Part shown: positions 8,423-17,239 of the stretch, in pieces
How the letters are laid out: every line of letters begins with the position of its first letter
Numbering within the stretch: position 1 is the first letter of the stretch
Assembly (NCBI RefSeq): GCF_000829315.1
Contig: NZ_AP013028.1
Coordinates: 420,001 to 452,000 of the forward strand
From: Wolbachia endosymbiont of Cimex lectularius
Lineage (GTDB): Bacteria; Pseudomonadota; Alphaproteobacteria; Rickettsiales; Anaplasmataceae
Length of the DNA stretch: 32,000 nt
Reading direction: 5' to 3'
Notes under the pieces: generated by a model
What the model was told of the DNA's origin: nothing
What the model saw: only the letters and a program-made list of their open reading frames with translations
Databases searched by the model: none
Made by a program: the position numbers and the translations under genes

Positions 8423-9811
8423 ATGCCCATAGAAATATTAATGCCTGCTCTTTCCCCGACAATGAGCAAAACTGGGGGAAAAATCGTAAAGTGGTGTAAA
8501 AAAGAGCAAGATAGAGTTGAAGCAGGTGATGTAATTGCTGAAATAGAGACTGACAAAGCCATAATGGAGTTTGAGTCTGTGGATGAAGGGGTTTTAGCAA
8601 AAATTCTAGTATCGGAGGGAGCAAGTGGTGTGCCTGTAAATCAACCAATAGCTCTAATGCTGGAAGAAGGAGAAGATAATAGTGCACTTGATAACTATGT
8701 TCTAGCTTCTACTACCAATGTTGAAGCTAAGAAAGAAGTTGAAGCACACTCTTCAACGTCATCCAATTCTTCAGTGCCAGATGACTCTTCAATGTCATCT
8801 AACTTCTCAGCGTCATCCAACCCTTTAGTGTCACCTAACACTTCAATGCCATCCAACCCTTCAGTGTCATCCAACCCTTCAGTGTCATCCAACCCCTCAA
8901 TGTCATCCCAGTGCTTGACACTGGGATCCAGAAAAGAAGAAGATACCAAAACAACAGAAAGTAGAATAAAAATAAGCCCATTAGCTAAGAAAATAGCTCA
9001 AAATGAAAATGTGGATATAAAACGACTAAAAGGTACCGGGCCATATAGCCGTATCATTAAAGCTGACGTATTGGAGTTTTTAGACGGTGGTGTACAAATT
9101 GAAAATCGTGAAAGATCGAGCGAAGACGTTATAATCGAAGCAAGCAACATGCGCCAGGTGATAGCACAACGCCTGATTGAGTCTAAACAGAATATACCGC
9201 ACTTTGATTTAACTGTAGACTGCCGGGTTGATAAGCTAATATCGCTCAAAAACGAGATTAATTCAGCAGATGAAAACAATAAAGTAACAATTAATGATCT
9301 AATTATAAAAGCTGTGGCTTTCAACATGAAGAAATTTCCTGATGTAAATTCTTCCTGGATAGATGATAAAATACTGAAATATGCAAACATAGATATTTCA
9401 ATCGCTGTAGCACTTGAAGATGGACTAATCACCCCCATAGTAAAAAATGCTGATAAAAAAAGTATTTTATCTATATCAAAGGAAGTGAAGGATCTAGTAA
9501 GCAGAGCAAGGTCTGGAAAATTAAGACCTGAAGAATTTCAAGGAGGAGGGTTTACTGTCTCCAACTTAGGCATGTTTGGTATAAAAACTTTCAGCGCTAT
9601 AATTAACCCGCCGCAGTCCTGCATTATGGCTGTTGGTACATCCAAGAAACAGCCTATTGTTATCAATGAAAAAATAGAGATAGCAGAAATAATGATGGTA
9701 ACACTTTCTGTTGACCATAGAACAGTTGATGGAGCACTAGGGGCAAAATTTTTAAACGCCTTTAAGCATTATATAGAGAATCCTCTAGCGATGCTTCTTG
9801 AGTCTGCGTAG
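8423..9811 (+). CDS. pdhC: pyruvate dehydrogenase complex E2, dihydrolipoamide acetyltransferase
   Basis: The lipoyl domain is present (MPIEILMPALSPTMSKTGGKIVKW...IAEIETDKAIMEFES, lipoyl-Lys in TDKA). The E3-binding domain reads ISPLAKKIAQNENVDIKRLKGTGPYSRIIKADV. The catalytic domain carries the DHRTVDGA active-site motif. 462 aa. Confidence 0.92.
   Translation: MPIEILMPALSPTMSKTGGKIVKWCKKEQDRVEAGDVIAEIETDKAIMEFESVDEGVLAKILVSEGASGVPVNQPIALMLEEGEDNSALDNYVLASTTNVEAKKEVEAHSSTSSNSSVPDDSSMSSNFSASSNPLVSPNTSMPSNPSVSSNPSVSSNPSMSSQCLTLGSRKEEDTKTTESRIKISPLAKKIAQNENVDIKRLKGTGPYSRIIKADVLEFLDGGVQIENRERSSEDVIIEASNMRQVIAQRLIESKQNIPHFDLTVDCRVDKLISLKNEINSADENNKVTINDLIIKAVAFNMKKFPDVNSSWIDDKILKYANIDISIAVALEDGLITPIVKNADKKSILSISKEVKDLVSRARSGKLRPEEFQGGGFTVSNLGMFGIKTFSAIINPPQSCIMAVGTSKKQPIVINEKIEIAEIMMVTLSVDHRTVDGALGAKFLNAFKHYIENPLAMLLESA
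8752..8930. repeat. Degenerate 18-24-bp tandem repeats ending in a palindrome, embedded in frame in the pdhC linker
   Basis: Units of the form tca(g/a)tgtcatccaaccc repeat here, giving SNPSVSSNPSVSSNPSMSS in the E2 frame. They end with the hairpin atcccagtg-cttga-cactgggat (8905-8927). The same unit-plus-palindrome architecture occurs intergenically at 11134-11310 and 19268-19348. Confidence 0.8.
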
Positions 9812-9961
9812 ACATTGAACTTTTTGCAAAGCCATATCAGGTTATGCAAGAAGTCTGATGCAAACCAAGGTTAATTTATGGAGGAATTTACTAATTAAAC
9901 TAAAAATTAACATCCGAGTGTTACATTGTTATTATGTTTAATTGAAATTGAGGTAAACGTT

Positions 9962-10247
9962 ATGGAACTGAAGAAATCTAATAACATTTTTAATATAGAG
10001 AAAACAGATAAAGACTTTTTAGAACAAATTAACGAGTATAAGAAACAAGCTATTGATATTCAAAAGCACAATAACACAATCATAGAGACCATTAATGGTC
10101 AACAACGTACCTTAGGTAATGTACCGAAAAGACGTCCAACAGCAATTGAAACTTTCATTGAAAAGCACATTGCTGATATTAAAAAATGTGATGACGAGAT
10201 TGCAAATGTCCTTACTAGTCAGCGGTCACGAGGTTACAGTAGTGTAA
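9962..10247 (+). pseudogene. 3'-truncated hypothetical gene fused to an IS fragment
   Basis: The ORF (MELKKSNNIFNIEK...) runs into the truncated IS at 10248. The track ORF 9926-10348 ends in out-of-frame IS sequence (…RGCYQRVFQDGKAYITIFECGVKRMEKSQACWN*). Confidence 0.45.
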
Positions 10248-10891
10248 GAGGATGTTACCAAAGGGTTTTCCAAGATGGGAAAGCGTATATTACTATTTTC
10301 GAGTGTGGAGTAAAAAGAATGGAGAAGAGCCAAGCTTGTTGGAATTAGTCTTAAAAAAAATTAGTTGGAGAGGTCCGTATCAGCAATGGTCGGAAAGAGA
10401 AAACTAGCTTTTGTATAATTGATTCTCAAAGCGTTAAAAACGCAGATACTGCTGAAAAAAAAGGCTATGATGCAGGTAAAAAGATTTCAGGGATAAAGCG
10501 CCATATTGCAGTTGATACACAAGGTTTGCCACATGCAATTTATGTAACAACGGCAGAAGCAACTGACCGTAGCAGTGCTGTGAAAATGGTCGAAAATGCT
10601 AAAGCAAACCTCTCTGAAGTTAAAAACATACTGGTTGATGCTGGCTACACAGGAGAAAATTTTGCAACACAAATAAAAGCTATCATTGGTGCGACTGTTG
10701 AAGTAATAAAGCGAAGTGAGTTACACACTTTCGTCGTATTGCCAAAAAGATGGGTTGTTGAACGCTCTTTTGCCTGGTTAGAAAAGTGCAGGCGATTGTG
10801 GAAAAATTGCGAGCGGAAGCTCAACACTAGCTTACAGATGATAGTCCTCTCCTTCATTTCTCTCCTGTTACGAAGATTTTAAACAGGTTCT
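10248..10891 (+). mobile_element. 5'-truncated copy (~644 bp) of the IS5-family element
   Basis: From 10248 the sequence matches the full copies from about position 253 of the IS onward, through the terminal repeat ...cgaagattttaaacaggttct at 10891. It lacks the left end and most of orfA. Its second poly-A tract is A8 (10455-10462), which leaves the DDE frame open from 10355 to 10882. Confidence 0.85.
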
Positions 10892-10948
10892 CACGCTTTG
10901 GTTGTTGGAAGTGGTTATATCGTTTAAGTTTTTGGCAAAACTAAACTA

Positions 10949-10999
10949 ATATCATTCCGTTTGGGGATAACATAGTTTATACCCCAAATGGAATGATAT
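10949..10999 (+). terminator. 18-bp stem hairpin followed by a T-run (terminator-like or repeat unit)
   Basis: aatatcattccgtttgggg (10949-10966) pairs with ccccaaatggaatgatat (10982-10999) with one G:T position. ctttttatt follows the stem. Confidence 0.3.
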
Positions 11000-11133
11000 C
11001 CTTTTTATTGGTATCATCCTTTTTGTAAAAAACATTTCCAACTTTCTCTCCCGCTTTTTCTGGATAAGGTCCACAACTGCATGAAAATTGTGATTTGAGC
11101 CTACCAGGAGGGTGTCATGAAAGTAGCTCTTCG

Positions 11134-11391
11134 TTGTCATCCAAGTAGCCCCTTCTCCTGCCATCCCAGCTCCTCCTTTTCTTGTCATTCCAGTGTCTCC
11201 TTCTCCTGTCATCCTAGCTTCCTTTTCTTGTCATTCCAGCGCTCCCTTTCTTGTCATCCCAGTTCTTCCGTTTTTGTCATCCCAGTGCTCGACACTGGGA
11301 TCCAGCTTTCCATAAAAATGGTACATTTTAACATAACTTTTATGTTCACCTACTTGATAAAATTCCTAGATTCCAGCGTCACGCGCTGGAA
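11134..11391. repeat. Tandem ~24-bp 'tgtcatcc' repeat array with terminal palindromes (Wolbachia-type repeat block)
   Basis: There are six to seven degenerate units: tgtcatccaagtagccccttctcc, tgccatcccagctcctccttttct, tgtcattccagtgtctccttctcc and so on. The array ends in gtcatcccagtgctcgacactgggatccag (~11277-11306). A second palindrome, ttccagcg-tcacg-cgctggaa, lies at 11371-11391. Track ORFs 11117-11440 (+) and 10952-11212 (-) are just translations of this array. Confidence 0.8.
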
Positions 11392-11902
11392 TGACACCAC
11401 TTGTTGTAAAAACAAATGTTCGTTCATAGATTGCAGCTAGCTATAAATATTTAAGAAATTTACCAGATGAGAAAAAAAGGCAAAGAAATCCCGAGTGGCG
11501 AGTTTTGACTCTATAATACTTTAAATTGGCGCTATAATAATTTGCTGACGCTTAGTTCAAGCGCGATTTGGCTGAATGTAGAAAAAATGAAAAAGACATG
11601 CAGCCGCTATAATTTGATACAATCCGCCAAAAAATACCCTGAGTTTTTTACTGAATTTTGTCATTGAGGCTGCAGATCAAAAACAAGTTTTAAGTCAGAA
11701 ATACTCTCATCGTTATGATAATGGGTTTGGTGAAGTTTGTCAAGTAGTTTTTTTTGTTTCTGGCGATTGCTATATACCCAGCACGCTGCTAAAAATTGGT
11801 TTGATGTGGTTATGCAAAAAGTCTAACGACAACTTAGCAAAGGAAAAGCTTTGTGTTAAGGGAGTATTTTAAGTATAATGTGGATAGTATTACAACACTT
11901 AA

Positions 11903-13081
11903 ATGAATCACATTGTCAATGCATACAATAGATTTGAAACTCCTATAGTTAGGGGAGAAGGGGTATATCTTTTTGATAAAGATGGTAAAAAATATCTAGA
12001 CTTTGCTGCGGGTATTTCTACAACCTCTTTAGGACATTGTCATCCATATATTGCAGATAAGCTGAAGGAGCAATCAGATTTATTATGGCACTGCTCCAAT
12101 ATTTTTACTATTCCCGAACAAGAAAGGCTTGCTGAGCGTTTAACAGCACTTACTTTCGCGGATAAAGTTTTTTTCTGTTCAAGCGGACTTGAAGCAACAG
12201 AAGCTGCAATTAAATTTATTCGCCGTTATTTTTATTCAAAAGGGCAAGAAAAGCGCAATCGCATTATTACAATCGAGAGGGGGTTTCATGGCCGCAGTAT
12301 TGCTGCGATTTCCGCTGGAGGAAATGAAAAATTACGCGAAGGTTTTGCTCCACTCCTTTCTGGTTTTGATAAAGTGCCAAGAAATAACATTAAAGCGCTA
12401 GAGGAGAAAATCAGCGGTGAAACTGCTGCTGTGTTTTTAGAGCCCATACAAAGCGAGGGTGGAGTGTATACACTGGATATAGAATACCTTCACAAAGTAA
12501 GAGAAATAACAAAATCTCAGAAAATGATCCTATGCTTTGATGAGGTGCAGTGCGGGTATGGGCGTATTGGTTCTTTATTTCATTATCAAAATATAGGAAT
12601 CGAACCTGACATTTTAACTTGCGCGAAGGCTATGGGTAACGGGTTTCCCTTAGCTGCATGTTTAGTAAGAAATTATATAGCAGAAGCGATTACTCCAGGA
12701 ACTCACGGATCAACCTATGGCGGTAATCCGCTTGCCGTGACTGTTGGTAACGCAGTGCTCGATATAGTGCTGAAAGAAGGCTTTTTCGACCATATTAGAA
12801 GGGTTAGTAAATATCTAAAAGAAAAATTACTACTGTTAGCTGAAGAATTTCCAAGGATAATCTCAGAAATTCGTGGGGAGGGTTTGTTAATAGGAGTAGA
12901 GCTTAAAGCTCCTTTGGCTGACAAAATTGTTAGCCGATCCCTTGACAAAGGTTTAATAATGACTAAAGTTTTAGATAATAGAGTAGTGAGAATAACACCT
13001 CCACTTATTGTTCAGGATAAACATGTGGATGCAGCGTGTAATACACTCTATAATTTGTTTTTTAAGATTAAAGATATATAA
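11903..13081 (+). CDS. argD: class-III PLP aminotransferase (acetylornithine / succinyldiaminopimelate aminotransferase-like)
   Basis: 392 aa with the ArgD-type pattern: GISTTSLGHCHP, SSGLEATEAAIKF, DEVQCGYGRIGSLF, the PLP-Lys context TCAKAMGNGFPLAA, and THGSTYGGNPLA. Confidence 0.85.
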   Translation: MNHIVNAYNRFETPIVRGEGVYLFDKDGKKYLDFAAGISTTSLGHCHPYIADKLKEQSDLLWHCSNIFTIPEQERLAERLTALTFADKVFFCSSGLEATEAAIKFIRRYFYSKGQEKRNRIITIERGFHGRSIAAISAGGNEKLREGFAPLLSGFDKVPRNNIKALEEKISGETAAVFLEPIQSEGGVYTLDIEYLHKVREITKSQKMILCFDEVQCGYGRIGSLFHYQNIGIEPDILTCAKAMGNGFPLAACLVRNYIAEAITPGTHGSTYGGNPLAVTVGNAVLDIVLKEGFFDHIRRVSKYLKEKLLLLAEEFPRIISEIRGEGLLIGVELKAPLADKIVSRSLDKGLIMTKVLDNRVVRITPPLIVQDKHVDAACNTLYNLFFKIKDI

Positions 13082-13188
13082 ATATTTTAGAAATATAAAG
13101 TCCAGCTATACAAAATTTCAAACTTGCGAATGCTTCTTATAACATGTAAGATTAACTCTGTTTTTTGTCACAATAACATCATACTTTA

Positions 13189-14475
13189 ATGGATTGGTTA
13201 TTGGTTTCAATATTATCGGTAATTTTTGTTTTATTGATTTTATCGTTTTTATTTTCAGGGGCAGAAATAGGTCTAACCTCGATCAGCCGATCTCGCGTTA
13301 ATAAGCTAAAGCTAGAGGGTAACAAAAGGGCCAAGATAATAGATCGCCTGTTAAGTAAAAAAGAATTAACAATAGGAACGATGCTGCTCGGCAATACGAT
13401 TATTAACATTACTTGTTCCGCTTTATTTACAGCGATATTGATAAATTTCTTTGGAAGTGAAGGCGTATTTTTATCAACGATTATAATGACATTTTGTATT
13501 TTGCTATTTTGCGAGGTGTTACCAAAAACTTACGCCATGCAAAATCCCGAAAAATTTACATTATTTTCCACTTATTTTGTACTGTTTTTTGTCAGGATTT
13601 TTTCTCCATTGACATTAGGCATTCAGTTCATTGTCAATCTTATTTTGAAGTTATGTGGGCTTCATAAGAATAGGGAAGTAATATCTGCAGCGGATGCAAT
13701 GCGTAATATGATTACTCTTCATCGCAGTGAAGGAACCATGTTACAACAGGATTTAGATATGCTAAGCAGCATACTTGATTTAGCTGAGACAGAGATATCG
13801 GAAATTATGACCCACAGGAGAAACTTATTTTCTCTTGATATAGATCGAAATAAAGAAGAATTGATAAGAGAAATTTTAATCAGCAGTCACAGTAGGGTGC
13901 CCTTATGGCAAAAAGAACCAGATAACATTGTCGGAGTAGTTCACGTAAAGAATCTAATAAACGCTTTGCGTGAAAAGGATAATAAAATAGAGGAGGTTGA
14001 TATTGCCAAAATTATGTCAAAACCTTGTTTCTTACCAGAAAGTACACCACTTAGCGTTCAACTACACAATTTCCGTCAAAACAGAAAACATCTTGCGTTT
14101 GTTGTTGATGAGTATGGAGCACTGCAGGGAATTGTAACTCTTGAAGATATATTGGAAGAAATAGTTGGAGAAATTTCCGATGAGCATGATTTAATCACGG
14201 AGAATTTTATAAAGAAAATATCTGACAATGTATATCATATCGAAGGAAAATCAACTATTAGGGACATTAACAGACAATTACACTGGAATCTTCCTGATGA
14301 AGAAGCTACGACTCTAGCAGGTATGATTGTAAATGAGATAGAGCGCATTCCTGACGAAGGCGAAGAATTTTTCATATATGGTTTTCATTTCAAGATTTTG
14401 AAAAAAGATAAAAATATTATTACTGTTATTGAAGTACAAGTAAAAACTGATCATACTATGACAGCGATTAATTAG
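13189..14475 (+). CDS. tlyC: DUF21-CBS-CorC_HlyC family membrane protein (hemolysin C / CorC-like)
   Basis: 428 aa. The N-terminal portion is a multi-TM DUF21/CNNM-like domain (FSGAEIGLTSISRSRVNKL). It is followed by a CBS pair (IMTHRRNLFSL...VPLWQKEPDNIVGVVHVKNL, AFVVDEYGALQGIVTLEDILEEIVGEI) and a C-terminal CorC_HlyC-like domain. Confidence 0.85.
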   Translation: MDWLLVSILSVIFVLLILSFLFSGAEIGLTSISRSRVNKLKLEGNKRAKIIDRLLSKKELTIGTMLLGNTIINITCSALFTAILINFFGSEGVFLSTIIMTFCILLFCEVLPKTYAMQNPEKFTLFSTYFVLFFVRIFSPLTLGIQFIVNLILKLCGLHKNREVISAADAMRNMITLHRSEGTMLQQDLDMLSSILDLAETEISEIMTHRRNLFSLDIDRNKEELIREILISSHSRVPLWQKEPDNIVGVVHVKNLINALREKDNKIEEVDIAKIMSKPCFLPESTPLSVQLHNFRQNRKHLAFVVDEYGALQGIVTLEDILEEIVGEISDEHDLITENFIKKISDNVYHIEGKSTIRDINRQLHWNLPDEEATTLAGMIVNEIERIPDEGEEFFIYGFHFKILKKDKNIITVIEVQVKTDHTMTAIN

Positions 14476-14484
14476 TTAGGTTTT

Positions 14485-14751
14485 ATAGAAGACACAGTAA
14501 AAATAACAGCCGATGAGTTAAAAGGTTATATAGAAAGAATCGAAAAACTCGAGCAAGAAAAGAAGGATGTGCAAGATCACATTCGTGATGTATATGCAAA
14601 AGCTGCAGATAAAGGTTGGGATACAAAGGTGATGAAACAGATTGTCAGGCTAAGAAAGATGAATGATGATGACAGAGAAGAACAAGAAATTTTGCTTGAT
14701 ACTTATAAACGCGCATTGGGAATAAGTTGCGAAGAAGAGTCAAGTGAATAG
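14485..14751 (+). CDS. DUF2312 (GapR-like) small DNA-binding protein; start codon uncertain
   Basis: The frame is open from 14476 and reads (LGF)IEDTVKITADELKGYIERIEKLEQEKKDVQDHIRDVYAKAADKGWDTKVMKQIVRLRKMNDDDREEQEILLDTYKRALGI. The conserved N-terminal helix lies upstream of the only canonical start, GTG 14569. ATA 14485 sits where a start codon is expected. Confidence 0.65.
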   Translation: MEDTVKITADELKGYIERIEKLEQEKKDVQDHIRDVYAKAADKGWDTKVMKQIVRLRKMNDDDREEQEILLDTYKRALGISCEEESSE

Positions 14752-15307
14752 CAGAATTGTAATTGGGATAAGTGGAGCATCTGGTTCTATTTATGGTGTG
14801 CGTATTTTGGAAGTGTTAAAAGATGCTGACTACGAAACTCATTTAGTAATAAGTCGCGCTGGAAAAACCACCCTGGCCCATGAAGTTGCAGAAAGACTTG
14901 AAGACATCACATCACTTGCAGATTTTTACTATTCTGAAGAAAAAATAGGAGAAAAAATAGCGAGCGGTTCGTTTGAAACTTTAGGGATGATTATCGCTCC
15001 ATGCTCTATGAAAACAATGTCTGAAATTGCGTCAGGTGTCACTTCCAACCTGTTAACGAGAGCTGCAGATGTAACGCTAAAAGAAAGAAGGAAATTAGTT
15101 CTTATGGTGCGAGAGTCGCCACTGCATCTTGGTCATTTACGAAATATGTTAAAATTAACGGAGATGGGGGCAATTATTGCTCCGCCAATGCCAGCTTTTT
15201 ATATTAAACCGAAATCTTTGGAGGACATTATAAATCATTCTATTGGCAAAGTATTAAGTTTATTTGGTATCAAATTACCTGGCTTCAAAGAATGGCAAGG
15301 AGTATAG
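14744..15307 (+). CDS. ubiX: flavin prenyltransferase UbiX
   Basis: 187 aa with a GTG start. The sequence matches the UbiX/Pad1 pattern: IVIGISGASGSIYGVRILEVL, IAPCSMKTMSEIASG and LVLMVRESPLH. Confidence 0.9.
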   Translation: MNSRIVIGISGASGSIYGVRILEVLKDADYETHLVISRAGKTTLAHEVAERLEDITSLADFYYSEEKIGEKIASGSFETLGMIIAPCSMKTMSEIASGVTSNLLTRAADVTLKERRKLVLMVRESPLHLGHLRNMLKLTEMGAIIAPPMPAFYIKPKSLEDIINHSIGKVLSLFGIKLPGFKEWQGV

Positions 15308-15310
15308 CAA

Positions 15311-16207
15311 GTGGCAATTATCATTGATGGCAAGAAAATAGCAAGTGACCTGTGCAAGAAGTTATCACAAAAAATCGATGCTTTAAAGAAGAAGCACAAC
15401 ATTTTTCCTTGTCTTAAAGTAATTCTTGTGGGTAGCAATCCAGCAAGTCAAGTCTATGTCCGTAATAAACAAAAAAAAGCAGAATCAATAGGCATAAGTT
15501 CTGAGACTATTGTTTTGCCTGATAATATTTCAGAAGGTGAATTAATTGCAAAAATTAATGGGTTAAATGCAGATCCGTCTGTGCATGGCATTTTAGTACA
15601 ATTGCCTTTACCAAGCCATATTAAAGCGAGCAGAGTAATTAACACAGTAAGCGTTGAAAAAGATGTAGATGGCTTCCATGATGAAAACGTTGGCCGATTA
15701 GTTAAAGGTGAAAAAAATTGTCTTATACCTTGCACTCCTAAAGGTTCTTTGCATTTAATTAAATCGGTTGAAAGTAATCTTTCAGGTAAAAACGCAGTTG
15801 TGATCGGCAGATCAAACATCGTGGGTAAACCGATGTTTCACCTGTTGTTGCAAGAAAACTGCACTGTTACCATTTTGCATTCACAAAGTAGGGATTTAGC
15901 TGAATATTGCTCCAAAGCGGATATAGTAGTTGCAGCGGTTGGAAAGCCAAATTTTGTCCAAAAAGACTGGATAAAGAAAGGGGCAATAGTGATTGACGTT
16001 GGCATAAATAGTATGAATGTAGGAGGGCAAACAAAGCTTGTAGGTGATGTTGACTTCGATGGAGTAAAAGAAAAAGTCAAAGCTATTACGCCAGTGCCTG
16101 GGGGCGTTGGTCTAATGACCATTGCATTCTTGATGATAAATACTGTTATTGCTGCTTGCTTGCAGAAGAAAGTTGATGTTTCTGATTTCATGGACCAAGG
16201 TCTATAG
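15311..16207 (+). CDS. folD: bifunctional methylenetetrahydrofolate dehydrogenase/cyclohydrolase FolD
   Basis: 298 aa with a GTG start. Motifs seen: [61 protein letters not shown] and [12 protein letters not shown]. Confidence 0.93.
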   Translation: MAIIIDGKKIASDLCKKLSQKIDALKKKHNIFPCLKVILVGSNPASQVYVRNKQKKAESIGISSETIVLPDNISEGELIAKINGLNADPSVHGILVQLPLPSHIKASRVINTVSVEKDVDGFHDENVGRLVKGEKNCLIPCTPKGSLHLIKSVESNLSGKNAVVIGRSNIVGKPMFHLLLQENCTVTILHSQSRDLAEYCSKADIVVAAVGKPNFVQKDWIKKGAIVIDVGINSMNVGGQTKLVGDVDFDGVKEKVKAITPVPGGVGLMTIAFLMINTVIAACLQKKVDVSDFMDQGL

Positions 16208-16222
16208 TTGTAGTGAGGTAGG

Positions 16223-17056
16223 ATGAAAGGTACGAAAATGGCAGGGCTGAAAGGATGGCTAACAACAATTTTTCTTTTGCTATGCTCAACCACAGTTTTC
16301 TGTAGTGGTTGTAATTTTAATTTACCATACCGCGGGCTTAGTTGTAATTTAGATCTATCGTACAGAAGTTTAAGTAACATAAAAAAGTTGTTAAATAACA
16401 GTGATAAATTTGTTGCGCTCACATTTGACGATGGACCATCTAACAATAGAGTAAACGATATTATTAATGTTTTAGAAAGCTATAAAGCAAAAGCGACATT
16501 TTTTCTTCTTGGTGAACGTATAAATAAAAAAACGTCCGAGATAGTAAAGAGAATCTATAATGCAGGTCATGAGCTGGGCAATCACTCTTGGTCGCATAGA
16601 AAGTTGACATCGCTTTCAAGTGAAGAACAATTGCAAGAGCTGGAGAGGACAAGTACGGCAATTAAAAATGCAACAGAGCAAGATATAAAATGGTTTCGCC
16701 CACCATATGGATGTCACGATGATAATTTGATTGAAAACACTAATCGATTGAATATGTATTCGATATTATGGACAGTTGACTCTCTAGATTGGCAAGGTGA
16801 TAAACCAGAGATCTTAATTGAAAGAGTTATAAGCAACGTACACAATGGAGCAATCATACTGTTCCATGACCACGACAACAAATCAAATACAGTTGAAGCT
16901 TTACCTCAGATTATTGAGATACTAAAAAGATTGGGTTATGAGCCTGTTACCTTAAGTGAGTGGGAGGAAAGGGTTTGTAGTGTAGTTAAAACTGAAAGTA
17001 TATCAAGAGGAGAAGAAATGCATAATTTAGATTTACCAAAATACATTTACAACTAG
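16223..17056 (+). CDS. polysaccharide deacetylase (NodB homology domain), exported
   Basis: 277 aa with a hydrophobic N-terminus. NodB motifs are present: LTFDDGPS, HELGNHSWSH, FRPPYG, LDW and ILFHD. Confidence 0.85.
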   Translation: MKGTKMAGLKGWLTTIFLLLCSTTVFCSGCNFNLPYRGLSCNLDLSYRSLSNIKKLLNNSDKFVALTFDDGPSNNRVNDIINVLESYKAKATFFLLGERINKKTSEIVKRIYNAGHELGNHSWSHRKLTSLSSEEQLQELERTSTAIKNATEQDIKWFRPPYGCHDDNLIENTNRLNMYSILWTVDSLDWQGDKPEILIERVISNVHNGAIILFHDHDNKSNTVEALPQIIEILKRLGYEPVTLSEWEERVCSVVKTESISRGEEMHNLDLPKYIYN

Positions 17057-17096
17057 ATCAGTATACGAATGTTGAAATATCTAACTCCAAACACAG

Positions 17097-17239
17097 TAGA
17101 CTTCTTTTAAAATTGAGAGAAGGAGTATAAAATAATATATTGAAAATGTGAATAAACGCGAATTTGGTTGATTTAAGATTTAATTTGATGCTGCTATTCA
17201 CAATTTTGAGCTTCCTATATGAATTTTGAAAGAAGTCTA
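17097..17239 (+). mobile_element. 143-bp MITE-like internally deleted derivative of a second IS (DDE_Tnp_4-type)
   Basis: Left end tagacttcttttaaaatt (17097-17114) is the inverted complement (17/18) of right end aattttgaaagaagtcta (17222-17239). The last ~72 bp match 19128-19200, the 3' end of a transposase remnant. Confidence 0.55.

Noticed and set aside
11134-11310. Possible CRISPR array, because of regularly spaced ~24-bp repeats.
   Set aside because: The units are contiguous and degenerate, with no unique spacers between them. No cas genes occur in the window, and the same block occurs inside a coding linker and at 19268-19348.
10952-11440. Track ORFs 10952-11212 (-), 11117-11440 (+) and 8695-8949 (-), which give repetitive peptides (CHPSSPFSCHPSS…, …VIPVLDTGIQ, DPSVKHWDD…).
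   Set aside because: They are translations of the tandem/palindromic repeat blocks, and the periodicity of the peptide equals the DNA repeat unit. They are not independent genes.
13082-13188. Replication origin next to the tlyC/CBS-domain gene. From memory, the Wolbachia origin has been placed beside such a gene.
   Set aside because: The intergenic region is only ~107 bp. It contains no cluster of DnaA-box-like (TTATCCACA-type) or CtrA-box (TTAA-N7-TTAA) motifs that I can see. The upstream neighbour here is argD rather than hemE.
15838-16446. 202-aa ORF on the minus strand, together with 15454-15819 (-).
   Set aside because: They lie antisense to the strongly supported folD and deacetylase genes, and their low-complexity hydrophobic sequence has no motifs.
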